A program made the translations under genes and the position numbers. Below are positions 26,941-40,473 of a stretch of 64,000 nt of DNA, piece by piece. A model generated the notes under the pieces. The model saw only the letters and a list, made by a program, of their open reading frames with translations, made no database searches and was not told the origin of the DNA. Source of the DNA: Octopus vulgaris (Eukaryota); the NCBI GenBank assembly GCA_951406725.2, contig OX597831.1, positions 5,642,001 to 5,706,000 on the forward strand. The letters are read 5' to 3'. Every line of letters starts with the position of its first letter. Positions within the stretch are counted from its first letter, which is position 1.

Positions 26941-27023
26941 AATGCTTTATTGACTAAAAATAACTAAACTATATTCTATAACACTGTAACATACTTGAAT
27001 ACTAAGCTACAATCTTGCTACTA

Positions 27024-27055
<32 letters not shown>

Positions 27056-27443
27056 GTATTTGAAGGAGAGACAAACAGACAGACAGACAGACATAGTGAA
27101 GAAGTATTTAAGAGCAGATGGAAAACAGAAGTTTAAAGAGCTCATTGATCATGTATCTGAATCGCCCGACCCCCCCCCCTCCTAATCCCCACCCCCCTGG
27201 CCCATCTCCCCTCACCATTCCGCTGATGCTGATTGTGTCGATGGAATGAATGGTGGTGCTGAATACATCATTCATCTCAGATAGTTGCTGCAACAACAAC
27301 AGCAACAGCAACAACAACAACAACTGCAATGTCTGAAGCAACAACAAGAATGATAACTACAACATTCGCACAGATTTCGGCACAACAGTCCTGCTTGTGG
27401 AAATTCCTCCCCAAAAAAGTTTTACTCCATTAAACATCTCTGG

Positions 27444-27475
<32 letters not shown>

Positions 27476-28259
27476 ACAACACAGTGATGGGTTTGTCCTT
27501 CGTCTCTCGCTTTATGAAATATACTGTTTACTTTGTTAATTTACAGCCATTTACTACAACGCCGAGAGACTGACAGATGCACACACACATGCAAACACAC
27601 ACACACACATCACAAATAGCACACACACAGACACATACATCACAAATAACACACACACACACACACACACACATCACAAATAACACACACACACACACAT
27701 CACAAAAAACACACACACACACACATCACAAATAACACACACACACACACACATCACAAATAACTCACAGATATGATAAAGATTTATAAAGATTTTCTTT
27801 GCCTTTTTTTTTTACAAGATACGTGCACATTATCATCACCAACAGTAGCAACATCATCATTATAATCACCATCATCATCATCATCACCAGCATCATCATC
27901 ACCACCACCACCATCAGGCGGGTGTGAATGTGTGTGGTTTCTGTATTGTAGAATTCAGCATATCTATCTATTTATTTATTCTGCTGGTCATTGTCTTTCT
28001 GGTATGGAGCCATCATAGACAAGGTGGACATAGACAAGGGAAAGTTATGTCCAAATACGTCCCAACTGACAGTGCTAATGTCTTCCCAGAATGGAGAGAC
28101 TTCTAAATTGGTCCAGGAGAATTTCCTGGAAAACATAATTCAAGGAGAAATGTTTCCTTCCAGCTAGGGAGTTGATAAAAATCCAAAATTCCACAGAACA
28201 TCCAGAAGTGGCATAATAATAATAATAATAATAACAATAATAATAATAATAATAATAAT

Positions 28260-28790
28260 GATTGGAAGTGTTATCATGTACATTGTTTTGTCTTGGTATA
28301 AAAGATGGGCTACAGCAAATATTCTGCTCAATACCACAGATTTGCTTGTCAGTTGTTTGACCTTAACCAGTTGAGCATGTCCCTTAGTGGCTGACGATAT
28401 GTGCATCTCTGATCACGAGCAGAAGTAGTGGGGAAGCATCATAGACATGTGTTGAGAGGGATTCTTAGGGGCTTGAATAATTCACCTTTGGAAACATGGG
28501 TGTTTCGTTCAACGTCCTTAAACAACCCTTATTCGGGGACCTTTTGAGCGGGATGGGTTACTCGATCTGAAGAAAATTCTAACTGGGCTCCACCTGCAAG
28601 GTCATGTGCTGTTTATCTTGATATGAGATCACCATGTCGCGCACATATGGTTGTGATGCATGTGCCTGGTGTACCTTTATCAGACGGGTAGTCATGATGG
28701 GTATACTGGGCTTCGTATATTTTACCCCAGTGTCACTTTGATGGCATGCTCTGCTCGCTCACTCAATAATAATAATAATAATAATAATAA
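28260..28790 (+). mobile_element. Probable non-LTR retroelement 3' UTR inserted in (AAT)n
   Basis: About 505 bp of higher-GC sequence bounded on both sides by (AAT)n; no ORF. Confidence 0.45.
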
Positions 28791-29006
28791 TTATGGTTTC
28801 CAAATTTTGGTACAAAGCCAGCACTTTTGTGGAGGTGGGTAAGTCTACTACATTGATCCCAGCATTCAACTGGTACTTACTTTATTGACCATGCAAGGAT
28901 CAAAGCAAAGTTGATCTCAGTGGCATTTGAACTCAGAACGTAAAGACGGACAAAATGTCGCTGAGCATTTTGCCTGATGTGCTAACGATTCCGCTAGCTC
29001 ACCGCC

Positions 29007-29039
<33 letters not shown>

Positions 29040-29335
29040 TTAATGATGATAATAATAATAATAATAATAATAATAAATCTTTTCTACTCTAGGCACAAGG
29101 CCCGAAATTTTGGGGGAGGGAGCCAGTCAATTAGATCAACCCCTGTATGCAACTGGTACTTAATTCATTGATCCTGAAAGGATGAAAGACAAAGTCGACC
29201 TCAGCAGAATTTGGACTCAGAACACAAAGTCAGACAAAATATCGATAAGCATTTCGCCTGGCGTGCTAACGTTTCTTATTTCTTTATTGTCCACAAGGAG
29301 CTAAACATAGAGGGGACAAACAAGGCAAGACAGAT

Positions 29336-29688
29336 GAGGAGGAGGAGAGGAGGAGGAGAAGGAGAAAAGAAGAAGAAGAAGAAGAAGAAGAAGAAGAAGA
29401 AGAAGAAGAAGAAGAAGAAGAAGAAGAAGAAGAAGAAGAAGAAGAAGAAGAAGAAGAAGAAGAAGAAGATTTTAAATGCAAAATTTACTGACCTTTTGAA
29501 ATTCCCGTAGCCATAATTTTAATGTATTGTCCGGCTGCAATAATAATAATAATATAAATATTAATAATAATAATAAGAATAATAATAATAATAATAATAA
29601 TGAAAATAATAATAATAATAATAATAATGAAAATAATAATAATAATAATGAAAATAATAATAATAAAAATAATAATAATAATAATGAA

Positions 29689-29726
<38 letters not shown>

Positions 29727-29745
29727 AAATAATAATAATAACAAT
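29336..29745. repeat. (GAA)n and (AAT)n tracts
   Basis: Directly visible; source of the poly-K, poly-S, poly-N and poly-L ORFs. Confidence 0.97.
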
Positions 29746-30256
29746 AGAAGTTTAGTGGAATGAATTACATAGATATAATTATCAAGGACAAGAATGGAAA
29801 GTGAGATGCTTGCAGTTCATTGAGATGGTGATTAATGACACAATTTCTGTAAGATCCCAGATGTCTTGAGTTCTTCTAAACGGCAATACATCAGCGCCGA
29901 AAGGAGGCAGAGGAAATTATCAAAGAACAAGTGTCTTGGAACTGAGATAAGCAGGATGCAAGATGCGAAATTAAAAATAGAATCTTTAAGAAACGAAGCC
30001 CTGTTTCGGTCTCAATGGACTGCGGCCAAGCTGGAGCGCTGCGTCGATGGGTTTCGTTTTAGCTGAACAAATCGACCCCTGGAATGTATTCTATCGGTCT
30101 ATTTAGCCAAACTGGTACATTGCAGGAATGTAGACTAACCAACAATGGTTGTCAGGCGATAGGGAAGCAGACAAACACAAACACAGTCATACACACACAC
30201 ATGATGGGCATATAAAGACATACACACACATGTACAAGTGTACAAGTATGTGTGTG

Positions 30257-30294
<38 letters not shown>

Positions 30295-30306
30295 TATATA
30301 TATATA

Positions 30307-30715
30307 GGCGCAGGAGTGGCTGTGTGGTAAGTAGCTTGCTTACGAACCACATGGTTTCGGGTTCAGTCCCACTGCGCAGCACCTTGGGTAAGTGTCTTCT
30401 ACTATAGCCTTGGGCCGACCAAAGCCTTGTGAGTGGATTTGGTAGACGGAAACTGAAAGAAGCCCGTCGTATATATGTATATATATATATATGTGTATGT
30501 GCATGTTTGTGTGTCTGTGTTTGTGCCCCCCCAACATCGCTTGACAACCGATGCTGGTGTGTTTACGTCCCCATAACTTAGCAGTTCGGCAAAAAGAGAC
30601 CGATCGATTAAGTACTGGGCTTACAAAGAATAAGTCCTGGGGTCGATTTGTTCGACTAAAGGCGGTGCTCCAGCATGGCCGCAGTCACATGACTGGAACA
30701 CGTAAAAGAGTAAAG
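30307..30715 (+). mobile_element. SINE family A, full length (CORE-like)
   Basis: A box TGGCTGTGTGG, B-box-like GGTTCAGTCCC, CORE-like accttggg(c/t)aagtg, internal TA/TG tract. Other copies at about 6040, 18035, 25705, 33318, 35325, 46625, 50147, 55655 and 60120. Confidence 0.92.
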
Positions 30716-30733
30716 TGTATATACAAATTAAAA

Positions 30734-30799
30734 CTACGCTGATGAATTTGCAGATGTTTACATTTGTAAATATTAACAAACGAAACCATTGGCATGTAG
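30734..30799 (+). ncRNA. Type I hammerhead motif, extended stem II, U16.1 to C
   Basis: CTACG-CTGATGA-ATTTG..ATGTTTAC(ATTT)GTAAATAT..CAAAC-GAAA-CCA(T)TGG-CA-TGTAG. Confidence 0.65.
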
Positions 30800-31044
30800 G
30801 TAATCGTTTTTTTATTTCATATATTTTCATTTATCTTGCTCATTTTTACATTCCGGTGTTTGCTGAGATTTTTTCTTGACACCTATCTTTAGCATATTAG
30901 GAATCCACTTTGGTGGTCATTCCTCTTATATTTTGTATGTAATATAATTTTTAATCTTCAGATTTTTTAAATATGTTAAGCCTCTGGTTTTTTATTAATA
31001 TCAATTTCTACCCTCATTATCTAATTTCATATATATATATATAA

Positions 31045-31791
31045 TTGTTGTGTCTGGGAAGAGTCATACTGCCTTAATATCTAACACATGCACTGATTCA
31101 ATTTCCATTCATTAATTATTTATATTTTCTATTTTTTTTATTTTCTATTTTTCCCTTTCCAAAATTTTTGTTGGTTTCGCAACCTTGTCAATGGATGTTG
31201 ATTCTGTCCGTTATCAGAGCTGTGTTCCGATAATGGACAGAGCCAACATTCATTGACAAGGTTACAAAAGCAACGAAAATTTTGGAAAAGAGAAAATATA
31301 AATAAGAAATGAGTGGGAATTGAACCAGTGAGCATGTTAGATATTTTTTGTACCCTAGGCACAAGGCCAAAATTTTGGGGGAGGGGGCCAGTCGATTAGA
31401 TCGACCCCAGTATGCAGCTGGTACTTAATTTATCAACCTTGAAAAGATGAAAGACAAAGTCGACCTTGGCAGAATTTGAACTCAGAACAAAAAGACAGAC
31501 GAAATACCTATTTCTTTACTACCCACATGGGGCTAAACACAGAAGGGACAAACAAGGACAGACAAACGGATTAAGTCGATTATATCGACCCCAGTGCGTA
31601 ACTGGTACTTAATTTATCGACCACGAAAGGATGAAAGACAAAGTCGACCTCGGCAGAATTTGAACTCAGAACGTAACGGCAGATGAAATACTGCTAAGCA
31701 TTTCACCCAGTGTGCTAATGTTTCTGCCAGCTCATCGCCTGAGTGAGTATGTTAGATATTAAAGCAATATGATTCTGCCCAGACACAACAA
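31045..31791. repeat. Fold-back element with a hammerhead motif in each arm, interrupted by a family B SINE dimer (31346-31741)
   Basis: Inverted arms centred near 31222; 19-bp target-site duplication agtgag(c/t)atgttagatatt at 31327-31345 and 31742-31760. Confidence 0.88.
31249..31286 (+). ncRNA. Minimal hammerhead motif with U3-A8 core (inverted twin at 31158-31195)
   Basis: Consensus of the two arms: TCCA-TTGACAA-G-GTTGC(GAAA)GCAAC-GAAA-ATTT-TGGA. Confidence 0.65.
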
Positions 31792-32514
31792 AATTTGTTT
31801 CAACACACAAATTCACATAAAGAATCTTGCAAACCAGATACAAAAACACACGCACACACGATGGGATTCCACACAGTTTCCATTTATCAAATTCACTCAC
31901 AAAACATTGGTTGGCTTGGGGCTATTGTAGAAGATACTCGCCTAAGGTGCTGCACAGTGGGACTGAACCAGCAACAACAAGGTTGCAAAGCAGGCTTCTT
32001 AGCCACATGGCCAAGCCAAGCCTATATCTAATAAGCCATTTAGCTATTCAACCATCTGCCTAATGATTCATTCACCCCCACTGACCATCTGCTCACTCAC
32101 CGAACCATCAATCCAGCTCACCATCCATCAATATTTATGAAATCATCCAGTCATTCATCAGATGTCCATCAATATCTACCTGTGTGTGGTGGAGGGGGGG
32201 GGGGGCACCAAATGGTTCAGTATATATAAGAGCATTGTGGTTCACTTGAAGCACTGCAGGATAGCAGAATAATAAATGGAATGGGAAATGAGGAAAGCTT
32301 CTAAAAATGCAGAGAGGAAAGGTGAAGTAATTTTATGTATTTCAGGTGCAAAGGCCCACAGAAGAATATAGTCAAAGAAATGTGTCTATCTCTTCTCATT
32401 TATTAATTGACTTCTGTTTTGTGTATGAGAGGCGAAGACAGATGGTTGCCAGTAAAGATTCTAGTGAAATATTTTCACAGACCAAAACACAAGACCGTAA
32501 TATAAAGCACTGGC

Positions 32515-33135
32515 TGAACCGTTAGCAGCCGGGCGAAATGCTTAGTGGTATTTCGTCTGCTGTTACGTTCTGAGTTCAAATTCCGCCGAGGTTGACTTTA
32601 CCTTTCATCCTTTCAGGGTCGGTAAATTAAGTACCAGTTACACACTAGGGTCGATGTAATCGACTTGATACCTATGTCTGTCCTTGTTTGTCCCCTCTAT
32701 GTTTAGCCCCTTGTGGTTAATAAAGAAATAGGTATTTCATCTGCTGTTACGTTCTGAGTTCAAATTCCGCCGAGGTCGACTTTGCCTTTCATCCTTTCGG
32801 GGTTGATTAACCCTTTCGTTACTAACCCGGTTGAAACCAGCTCTGGCTTTGAATACAAATGTCTTATTTTCATAAAGTTTTCAATTAAAATCTTCCACCA
32901 ATCTTAGTCACAATTTATATTCCTAACACTAGCTGAAGGATAACTAAGTTATTTTACTAAATTCTTTGTTATATTTAAAGTAATTGGAAGAAACACAGAG
33001 CACCTCAAAATAAATACAGTAATGAAAGGATTAATTAAGTAACAGTTATGCACTGGGGTCGATGTAATCGAATTAATCCCTTTGTCTGCCCTTGTTAGTC
33101 CCCTCTATGTTTAGCCCCCTGTGGACAATAAAGAC
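32515..33135 (+). mobile_element. SINE family B dimer with nested piggyBac-type MITE (32807-33034)
   Basis: SINE body is split at TTAA and resumes after the MITE. Confidence 0.85.
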
Positions 33136-33199
33136 AAATATAAAGTACACTCACACCACACATTTTCTGCATTAGATATATTCAAACACATATACACAC

Positions 33200-33300
<101 letters not shown>

Positions 33301-34072
33301 TACATATGTATATGTATTCTTTTACTTGTTTCAGTCATTTGACTGTGGCCATGCTGGAGCACTGCCTTAAAGGGTTTTAGTTGAAGAAATCAACCCCAGT
33401 ACTTGTTCTTTGTAAGCCTAGTACATATTCTATTGGTCTCTTTTGCTGAACTGCTAGATCATGGAGACGTAAACACACCGACATCAGTTGTCAAGCCGTG
33501 AGGACAGGATTGGGAAGTAAGAGGTAGGCATAGTGTATGAAGGAGGAAATGTGAGGACGAGATGTTAGAGATGTAGACTGGTTTGTTGGGGCAGGGTGTG
33601 TGAAAAGCTTTCTTGTTACATGTGGGTAGAACACACAGATTGGGGGCTAACAGATAGCAACGATACAGTGAGACAGGGTGAGTGGGTGGAACACACAGTT
33701 TGGGGGCTAACAAATAGCAATGATACAGTAAGATAGGGCCACCTTTTCTGATCTTCTGCCCAACCCCCAACTGCTCTAATTACCTTCTGGTACCTTAAGG
33801 CTTTACTCTGATATTTCATTACTATCATCATTATCTTCCCTTCTTGCTCCATTCCATTCCAATTATTCCCACCTGCCCTTATCTAATGCAGTGTATTCAT
33901 ATATGCCCTGTTCAACAATGAACATGTTCCTGTTCCTTCTTTCATACTTTAATCTCTCAACATCTATTACAAAGCTGCCTCCGTCTCTACAACATTCACT
34001 CAGTCAAGGGGAAGTACTTTAGTTTTGTGGGTTACATGGAGACCTCATTAATGCTGAGACTATGAAAATAGC

Positions 34073-34580
34073 ACCCAGTACATTAGGAAGGGCACCCAGC
34101 CATAGGAGTTGGCTTTAGGAAGGGCATCTAGTCATAGGAGTTGATATTAGGAAGGGCACCTAGCCAAGGGATTGGCATTAGGAATGGCATCTAGCCATAG
34201 AGGTTGGCAGTTGAAAGGGCACCTAGCCATAGTGGTTGGCATTAGGAATGGGACCCAGCCATAAAGATTGGCATTAGGAAGGGCACCCAATCATAGCGGC
34301 TGGGATTAAGAAGGACACCCAGCCATAACAGTTGGCATTAACAAGGGCACCTAGCCACAGTGGTTGGCATTAGGAATGGGACCAAGCCATAAAAACTGGC
34401 ATTAGGAAGGGCACCCAACCATAGCGGTTGGCATTAGGAAGGGCACCTAGCCATAGGGGTTGGCATTAGGAAGGGCACCTGGCCATAGAAACCATGCTAG
34501 AGCTGAGACAGTGGAGCAACACAGGTTGTCTAATCTATGCCAGCATGGAAAGCAGACATAAAATAATGATGATGATGATG
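34073..34580 (+). repeat. ~30-bp minisatellite (about 14 copies) amplified inside an RTE tail
   Basis: Unit ggttggcattaggaagggcacctagccata is the RTE-tail core; the normal tail end and (GAT)n follow. Confidence 0.88.
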
Positions 34581-36204
34581 ATATATAATACCATCGTCAT
34601 AACCATCCTTCAATCAATATGTTAATCATCATCATCATCATCATTCTCACCACTACAGACAACATCAACATCAACATTTTCCCCTCACACAATCGAGAGT
34701 TTGCTAAAATCTTTAGAAACAGAGTTTGTTCAGTTTCTTTCGATTACATAAAAAGCCAACAGCTCTTGGAGTGTCTCGGTGAATAAAAAATAAATCAATA
34801 ACAACAGCAGCAACAACAACAACAACAATAATAATAACAATAATAATACTACTACTACTACTAATAATAATAATAATAATAATAATAATGTGATATCTTA
34901 CATAGCTTTACAGCTAAATAGTGGTAACAGTAGCAGTGGTGTAAAATATTCACTACCGCCCAGTATCACTTTACGGAGAATCACAAAAATAATGGTAATT
35001 TAAGCCCCGAGTTGCAGACCACACCTTACTTCAACTCTTCAGACATGAGCCTACAAACGAAGACGTCTATGTTGTTGTTACTAGAGCAGCTCATCCCATT
35101 ACACCCAAACATTGTAGGAAATGAAAAAGGAAAGAAAGGACAAAATGAATAATGGAATCCAGGATATACAAAGAAACAAAAAAAAGAAAGGAGAATCTGG
35201 AATGAATAAAGCTAGAATAGCTAATGTGTAATGCTTGCTGAAACTGGGTTTACTCGGGGTTAAACAACAGCCTTCGATAACCAACAATTAAGAGAAAGTT
35301 GTGTTATGTTTGTTTAAGAATCAGGCCGTGGTTGTGTGGTAAGAAGCTTGCTTTCCGATCTTGTGGTTCTGGGTTCAGTCCCACTGTGTGAGTGACTTCT
35401 ACTATAGCCTCTCTGTAGTGTCTTCTACTATAGCCTCGGGTCAATCAAAGCCTTGTCAGTGGATTTGGTAGACAGAAACTGAAAGGAGCCCATCATATAT
35501 GTGTGTGTGTCTATATGTGTGTGTGTGTATGTGTGTGTGTGTGCATGCGTATGTGTATATGTATATACGTGTGTGTATATGTATATATATATGTGTGTGT
35601 GAATGTGTGTGTATATATACATGTGTGTGTGTGTATAGGGGCAAGAGTGGCTATAGGCACAGAAGTGGCTGTGTGGTAAGTAGCTTGCTTACCAACTACA
35701 TGGTTCCTGGTTCAGTCCCACTGCGTGTCACCTAGGGCAAGTGTCTTCTACTATAGCCTCAGGCTGACCAAAGCCTTGTGAGTGGATTTGGTAGACGGAA
35801 ACTGAAAGAAACCTATCGCGTTGTGTGTGTGTGTATATATAATATATATTTATGTATCTGTGTTTGTCCCCCCACCATCGCTTGACTACTGATGTTGGTG
35901 TGTTTACGTCCCTGTAACTTAGTGATTTGGCAAACGTAAACCAGGGATCCACAATAGTGTTTTAAGGGCCCCTGAAAAGTTTTTGCTTTAGATGTATGTA
36001 CTGGTATGTATTGCAAGAAACAGCTAGATTTCTTTCTTTAACATTTTACACAGTTCAACCTATAAAAGCTAATGTGTGAAAAATAAAATAGAAATTTTGA
36101 AAGAAGCTTCTATAGAACTAGTTTTTTAAACATTGAATGGCTATGGGGGTCCACCGGGATAAAATAGTAATCAAATGGTTGAGAACCCCTGCTTTATAGG
36201 GTCG

Positions 36205-36670
36205 CCATTTCAAAGGCTTGTCTTCACAATTATACTCTTTTAGTCATCACTCAATATTCATGACCAAAGGTGAAGATAAGCATGGAAACCAAACTGAAGA
36301 TAGCAAGTATGGCTTTTTTAAAATTTTTACTAACTTCTCCTTTTCTGAAGATCAAATGCTGAAACTGGTGTATTACTTTATAACAGCACCTGCAATTCTC
36401 GCATCCACTTCAGCCTCCTGTGTCCCATTGCCTGTGGATGTAGCCTGAAGATTCTGAAACTGTTCCACTGTCCTCAGTGATGTTCCCCTAACACGCATGG
36501 TGCACTGGAAGGACTTTCTTGAGAGGACCAATGTCTTGGTCTTTGCAACACTCATTCTCATTCCTGCCTTACAGCACTCTGCTACAAACCCATTTAGTGC
36601 ACACAGGAAATTATCTTCTGACAAGCCAGATAGCACAGTGTTGTCTGCAACAACTATCAGCCAACAGATC
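36205..36670 (-). pseudogene. RTE-clade (Rex3/Expander-like) reverse transcriptase remnant
   Basis: VADNTVL (decayed FADD motif)...AGMRMSVAKTKTLVLSRK...VEQF...EVDARI, then FTFGHEY*VMTKR...QAFEM. Confidence 0.82.
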
Positions 36671-38569
36671 CAACACACACTGCACCATACAACACATAGA
36701 CCACCCCCTTCTTTTCATCACCTTCTTTGCTTCCATATTTTCAAATTTGATAAAGAGCCAATGTCTGAAACATTGATAAATTGTTTTCCTTTTCAACACT
36801 GACTTTACTTTTTTTTTTTTTTTTTTTTTTTTTGGTGGGGACGGATTTGGAATTTTATATTAATGAACTGACTCTAGTCCTAAAAGGGCATAACGAATGA
36901 ATCTGTGTATTAATCTGGGCATTTAATCCGATGTATATACAAATGACTAAGTTAACATTTCCGTTTTGATGCCCTGAACTTTGTTTTAAAGAAGCCCTAT
37001 AATGAAATATAGAACTGTTTGATCTCACATATGGAAAACATTCTACAGAATCAAAACATCTCTTCACATTGAAGAAAAAAAATAATAAAATATCTGAAAC
37101 AGGAAATAGACAAAAAAAAAAAGAATTCTTTTTAAAAAGTGATAAGTTTAAATTTTGTGTAAGTGATAATATGCAAATGTGTAACAGAATTGGTGAAGCT
37201 CAGACTAAAAGAAACTACAGCAGTTAATCATGGAAAGATTAGATGTTGTGTATTTCAGGCAGCTTTGAAAGAAATGATGCCAGGCTACTGAAGCAGAATT
37301 GGCAAGATTACCAACCAACATGTGGCTCCATCATATCACTTAACTAACCATGCAGTAATTTAAGAAACTCACATCCGCTCATATAATCCAGTCAAATCTC
37401 ACCTCAAACATATCTTCACAGATTTTTCAAAAATTCACATTAAAAAGAAAAAATAGAAAAAACTTCCCAAAAATGTTGATAACATGAGCCACTGAAATGA
37501 GAGTATGTGTCGGGCAAATCTCTTTACATAACCCAACCAAAACTATTTATACAACCCAGCCAAACAAGTTCATAGAACTCAACCAAACTTCTTTACATAA
37601 CCCAACCAAACTTATTTATACAACCCAGCCAAATTCTACTTGTATATCCCAGCCAAACCAGTTCAGATAACTCAGCAAAATTGTTTCACTGAGCCTGTAA
37701 AACCTGTCCCTTGATGTCTAAAATACTAGGCTTTTTGCATTTTGGATTGTATTCACATGGGTGAAATTGAATGCTTTTTTGTTTTTCTTTTTGGCTGTGG
37801 CGAGATACCCGTTTTATTGTTAACCTCACAATATCATATTAAGAAATCTGTAATACAGTAAACAACAATGAAATTTGAATTAATGTAGTCTGCAAGTCCA
37901 GCACCATAATCTCACGGATAATGTGCTTTGAATAACCAAGTCTTAAATCTCTCGGATTCCAGGATTTGAGATTTCGTGGTTAGGGAGCTTGCTTCCTAGC
38001 TACATGGTTCCGGGTTCAGTCCCACTGCGTGGCACTTTGGGTAGGTGTCTTCCACTATAGCCTCGAGCCGACCGGAGCTTTGTGATTGAATTCGGTAGGT
38101 GGAAGTTACTGCCGTGTGTGTTTGTGTGCGTATAGCTGCTCAGTGCCTCTCCGAAAGAGAGAGAGAGAAATTTTCATTTCTGTCTGATCATCATCATTGT
38201 TTAATGTCCGCTTTCCATGCTGGCATGGGTTGGACAGTTTGACATGGAGTTGGCAAGTAGGGAGCCGTCCAGACTCCAGCTGTCTGTTGAGACATGGTTT
38301 CTATGGCTGGATGCCCTTCCTGATGCCAACCCCTTATCAGAATATGCTGGGTGCTTTTTATGTGTCACTGGCATGGGTGCATTAACACAGCACCAACACA
38401 AGTGTTTTTTAAGTGGTACCAACAGGTATGCATTTAAGTGGCACCGGCACCTGAAACGACAAGTCTGTACGTGTAGAAGACAGAGATTTTACTTAGCCTA
38501 ACGAGTCTTATCAAATACAGCAAATCACCACATCTCCTGGTCAAAGCAGCTCCAGTATGATCATCATCA

Positions 38570-38960
38570 TCATCATCATCATCATCGTTTAACGTCCGTT
38601 CTCCATGCTAGCATGGGTTGGCCGGTTCGACCGGGGATCTGGGAAGCCAGAAGGCTGCACCAGGCTCCGGTCTTATCTGGCAGTGTTTCTACAGCTGGAT
38701 GCCCTTCCTAATGCCAACCACTCCGTGAGTGTAGTGGGTGCTTTTTACGTGCCAGGCGAGGCTTGCATCGGCCACGGTCGGATTGGTGCATTTTACGTGC
38801 AACTGGCACGGAAGCCAGTCGAGGCGGCGCTGGCTTCGGCCACGATTCAGATGGTGCTTTTTACGTGCCACCGACACGGAAGCCAGTCAGGGCGGCGCTG
38901 GCATTGGCCACGATTCGGATAGTGCTTTTTACGTACCTCCAGTCCAGGGGTCCTGGCATC
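38570..38960 (-). mobile_element. RTE 3' UTR copy with internal ~70-bp repeats (another tail at 38190-38530)
   Basis: Reverse complement of the 19110-19430 region with a (CAT)n end. Confidence 0.85.
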
Positions 38961-38968
38961 TGATAAAT

Positions 38969-39182
38969 ATCATTAACTACATATATTCAATATGTGTTTT
39001 GTGTATTTTCCGGTGGCTGCAATTGTGTGGTGCAGTATGCGTAGTCCCAAACTGCTGCATGTAAAACATCCTGACTCTGAGGCATTTTACACCCAGCACT
39101 TTGAAAGTATATATACTCCACCATGCTATTGCAGCCACCAGAAAATACACAAAGCGTATACATTAAGTATATGTAGTTAATA
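38969..39182. repeat. Fold-back inverted repeat (~95-bp arms)
   Basis: ttaactacatat...tgtgtattttccggtggctgcaat / attgcagccaccagaaaatacaca...atatgtagttaa. Confidence 0.85.
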
Positions 39183-39493
39183 ATAATAATAATAATAATA
39201 ATTACTATTATTGTTATTGTTGTTGTTGATGATGTCTCTGCTGTTTTGGTTGTAGCTAAGGAGTAGTTTCATATAATTCAATTTATTACATTATTACATA
39301 GAATTTCTTTTGTTTTGCAAATTTAAGATTCGAACAGGTAAACAAAGCTAAAAACAACTTAAAAAAAAAACATTTATCACTACACCCCACCCACCTCTTT
39401 TCCCTTTATCCTCCAGTGCCCTAATAAAATTTCCCACAGCCCACCAAAAGGGCAGTACAAGACACTCTGAAGAGCACTGATACAAGTTTAATT

Positions 39494-40384
39494 CAGTGGT
39501 TCTCCACCAGAGTCCACATGACCCATGGGGTCCACATAAGATGGCTCAGTGGTTAGAGCGTCAGGCTGACAATCACAAGGTAGTGAGTTCGATTCCTGAG
39601 CTGGGCTGTGTGTTATGTTCTTAAGCAAGACACTCTACTTCACGTTGCTCCAGTTCACTCAGCGGTAGAAATGAGCCGCGACGTCACTGGTGCCAAGCTG
39701 TATCAGCCTTTGCCTTTCCCTTGGATAATATCAATGGCGTGGAGATGAGAGGCTGGTATGCATGGGCGACTGCTGGTCTCCCATAAACAACCTCACCCAG
39801 ACATGTGCCTTGGAGGGTAACTTTCTAAGTGCAACCCCATGATCATAAAAGTGTGTGTGTGTGTGTGTGTGTGTATGAAGGTACATGGCTCAGTGACCAA
39901 AGCGTCGGGCTCACAATCATGAAGGAATGAGTTCAATTCCCCTACCGGGCTGCATGTTGTGTTCTTGAGCAAGGTACTTTATTTCAAATTGCTCCAGTTA
40001 ACTCAGCTGTAGAAACTGAGTTGCGACATCACTGGTGCCAAGCTGTATCAGCCCCTTTGCCTTTCCCTTGGATAATATCAATGGCATGGCAATGAGAGGC
40101 TGGTATGCATGGGCGACTGCTGGTCTTCCATAAACAACCTCACCTGGACTTGTCCCTCACAGGGGAACTTTCTAGGTGTAATCCCTTAGTCATTCATGAC
40201 TGAAGGGGTCTTAACTTCGACAATACATTAAATATTCTCACAGATTTTTAAATACAGTTTCTTACAACATTTAATTATATTAATGTAACAGGATTTTCTT
40301 AAACAACAAATGGCTATGAGGGACCATTCGAGTGAAATAGGGAACTAAGGGGTCCACAGGTAAAAAAATGGTTGAGACCCACTG
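39494..40384. mobile_element. hAT-like MITE carrying two tandem copies of SINE family D (39541-39846, 39878-40210)
   Basis: TIRs CAGTGGTTCTCCACC / GGTTGAGACCCACTG; SINE A box TGGCTCAGTGG, B box GTTCGATTCC, CORE-like ttgagcaag segment. Confidence 0.8.
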
Positions 40385-40473
40385 ATCTAATTGAAGTGAC
40401 AGTTAGCCATGGTGATGACAGGTGTATGTGAATAAGCTAAATAGATGACTGAACAAACAGCAACCTGTGTATT

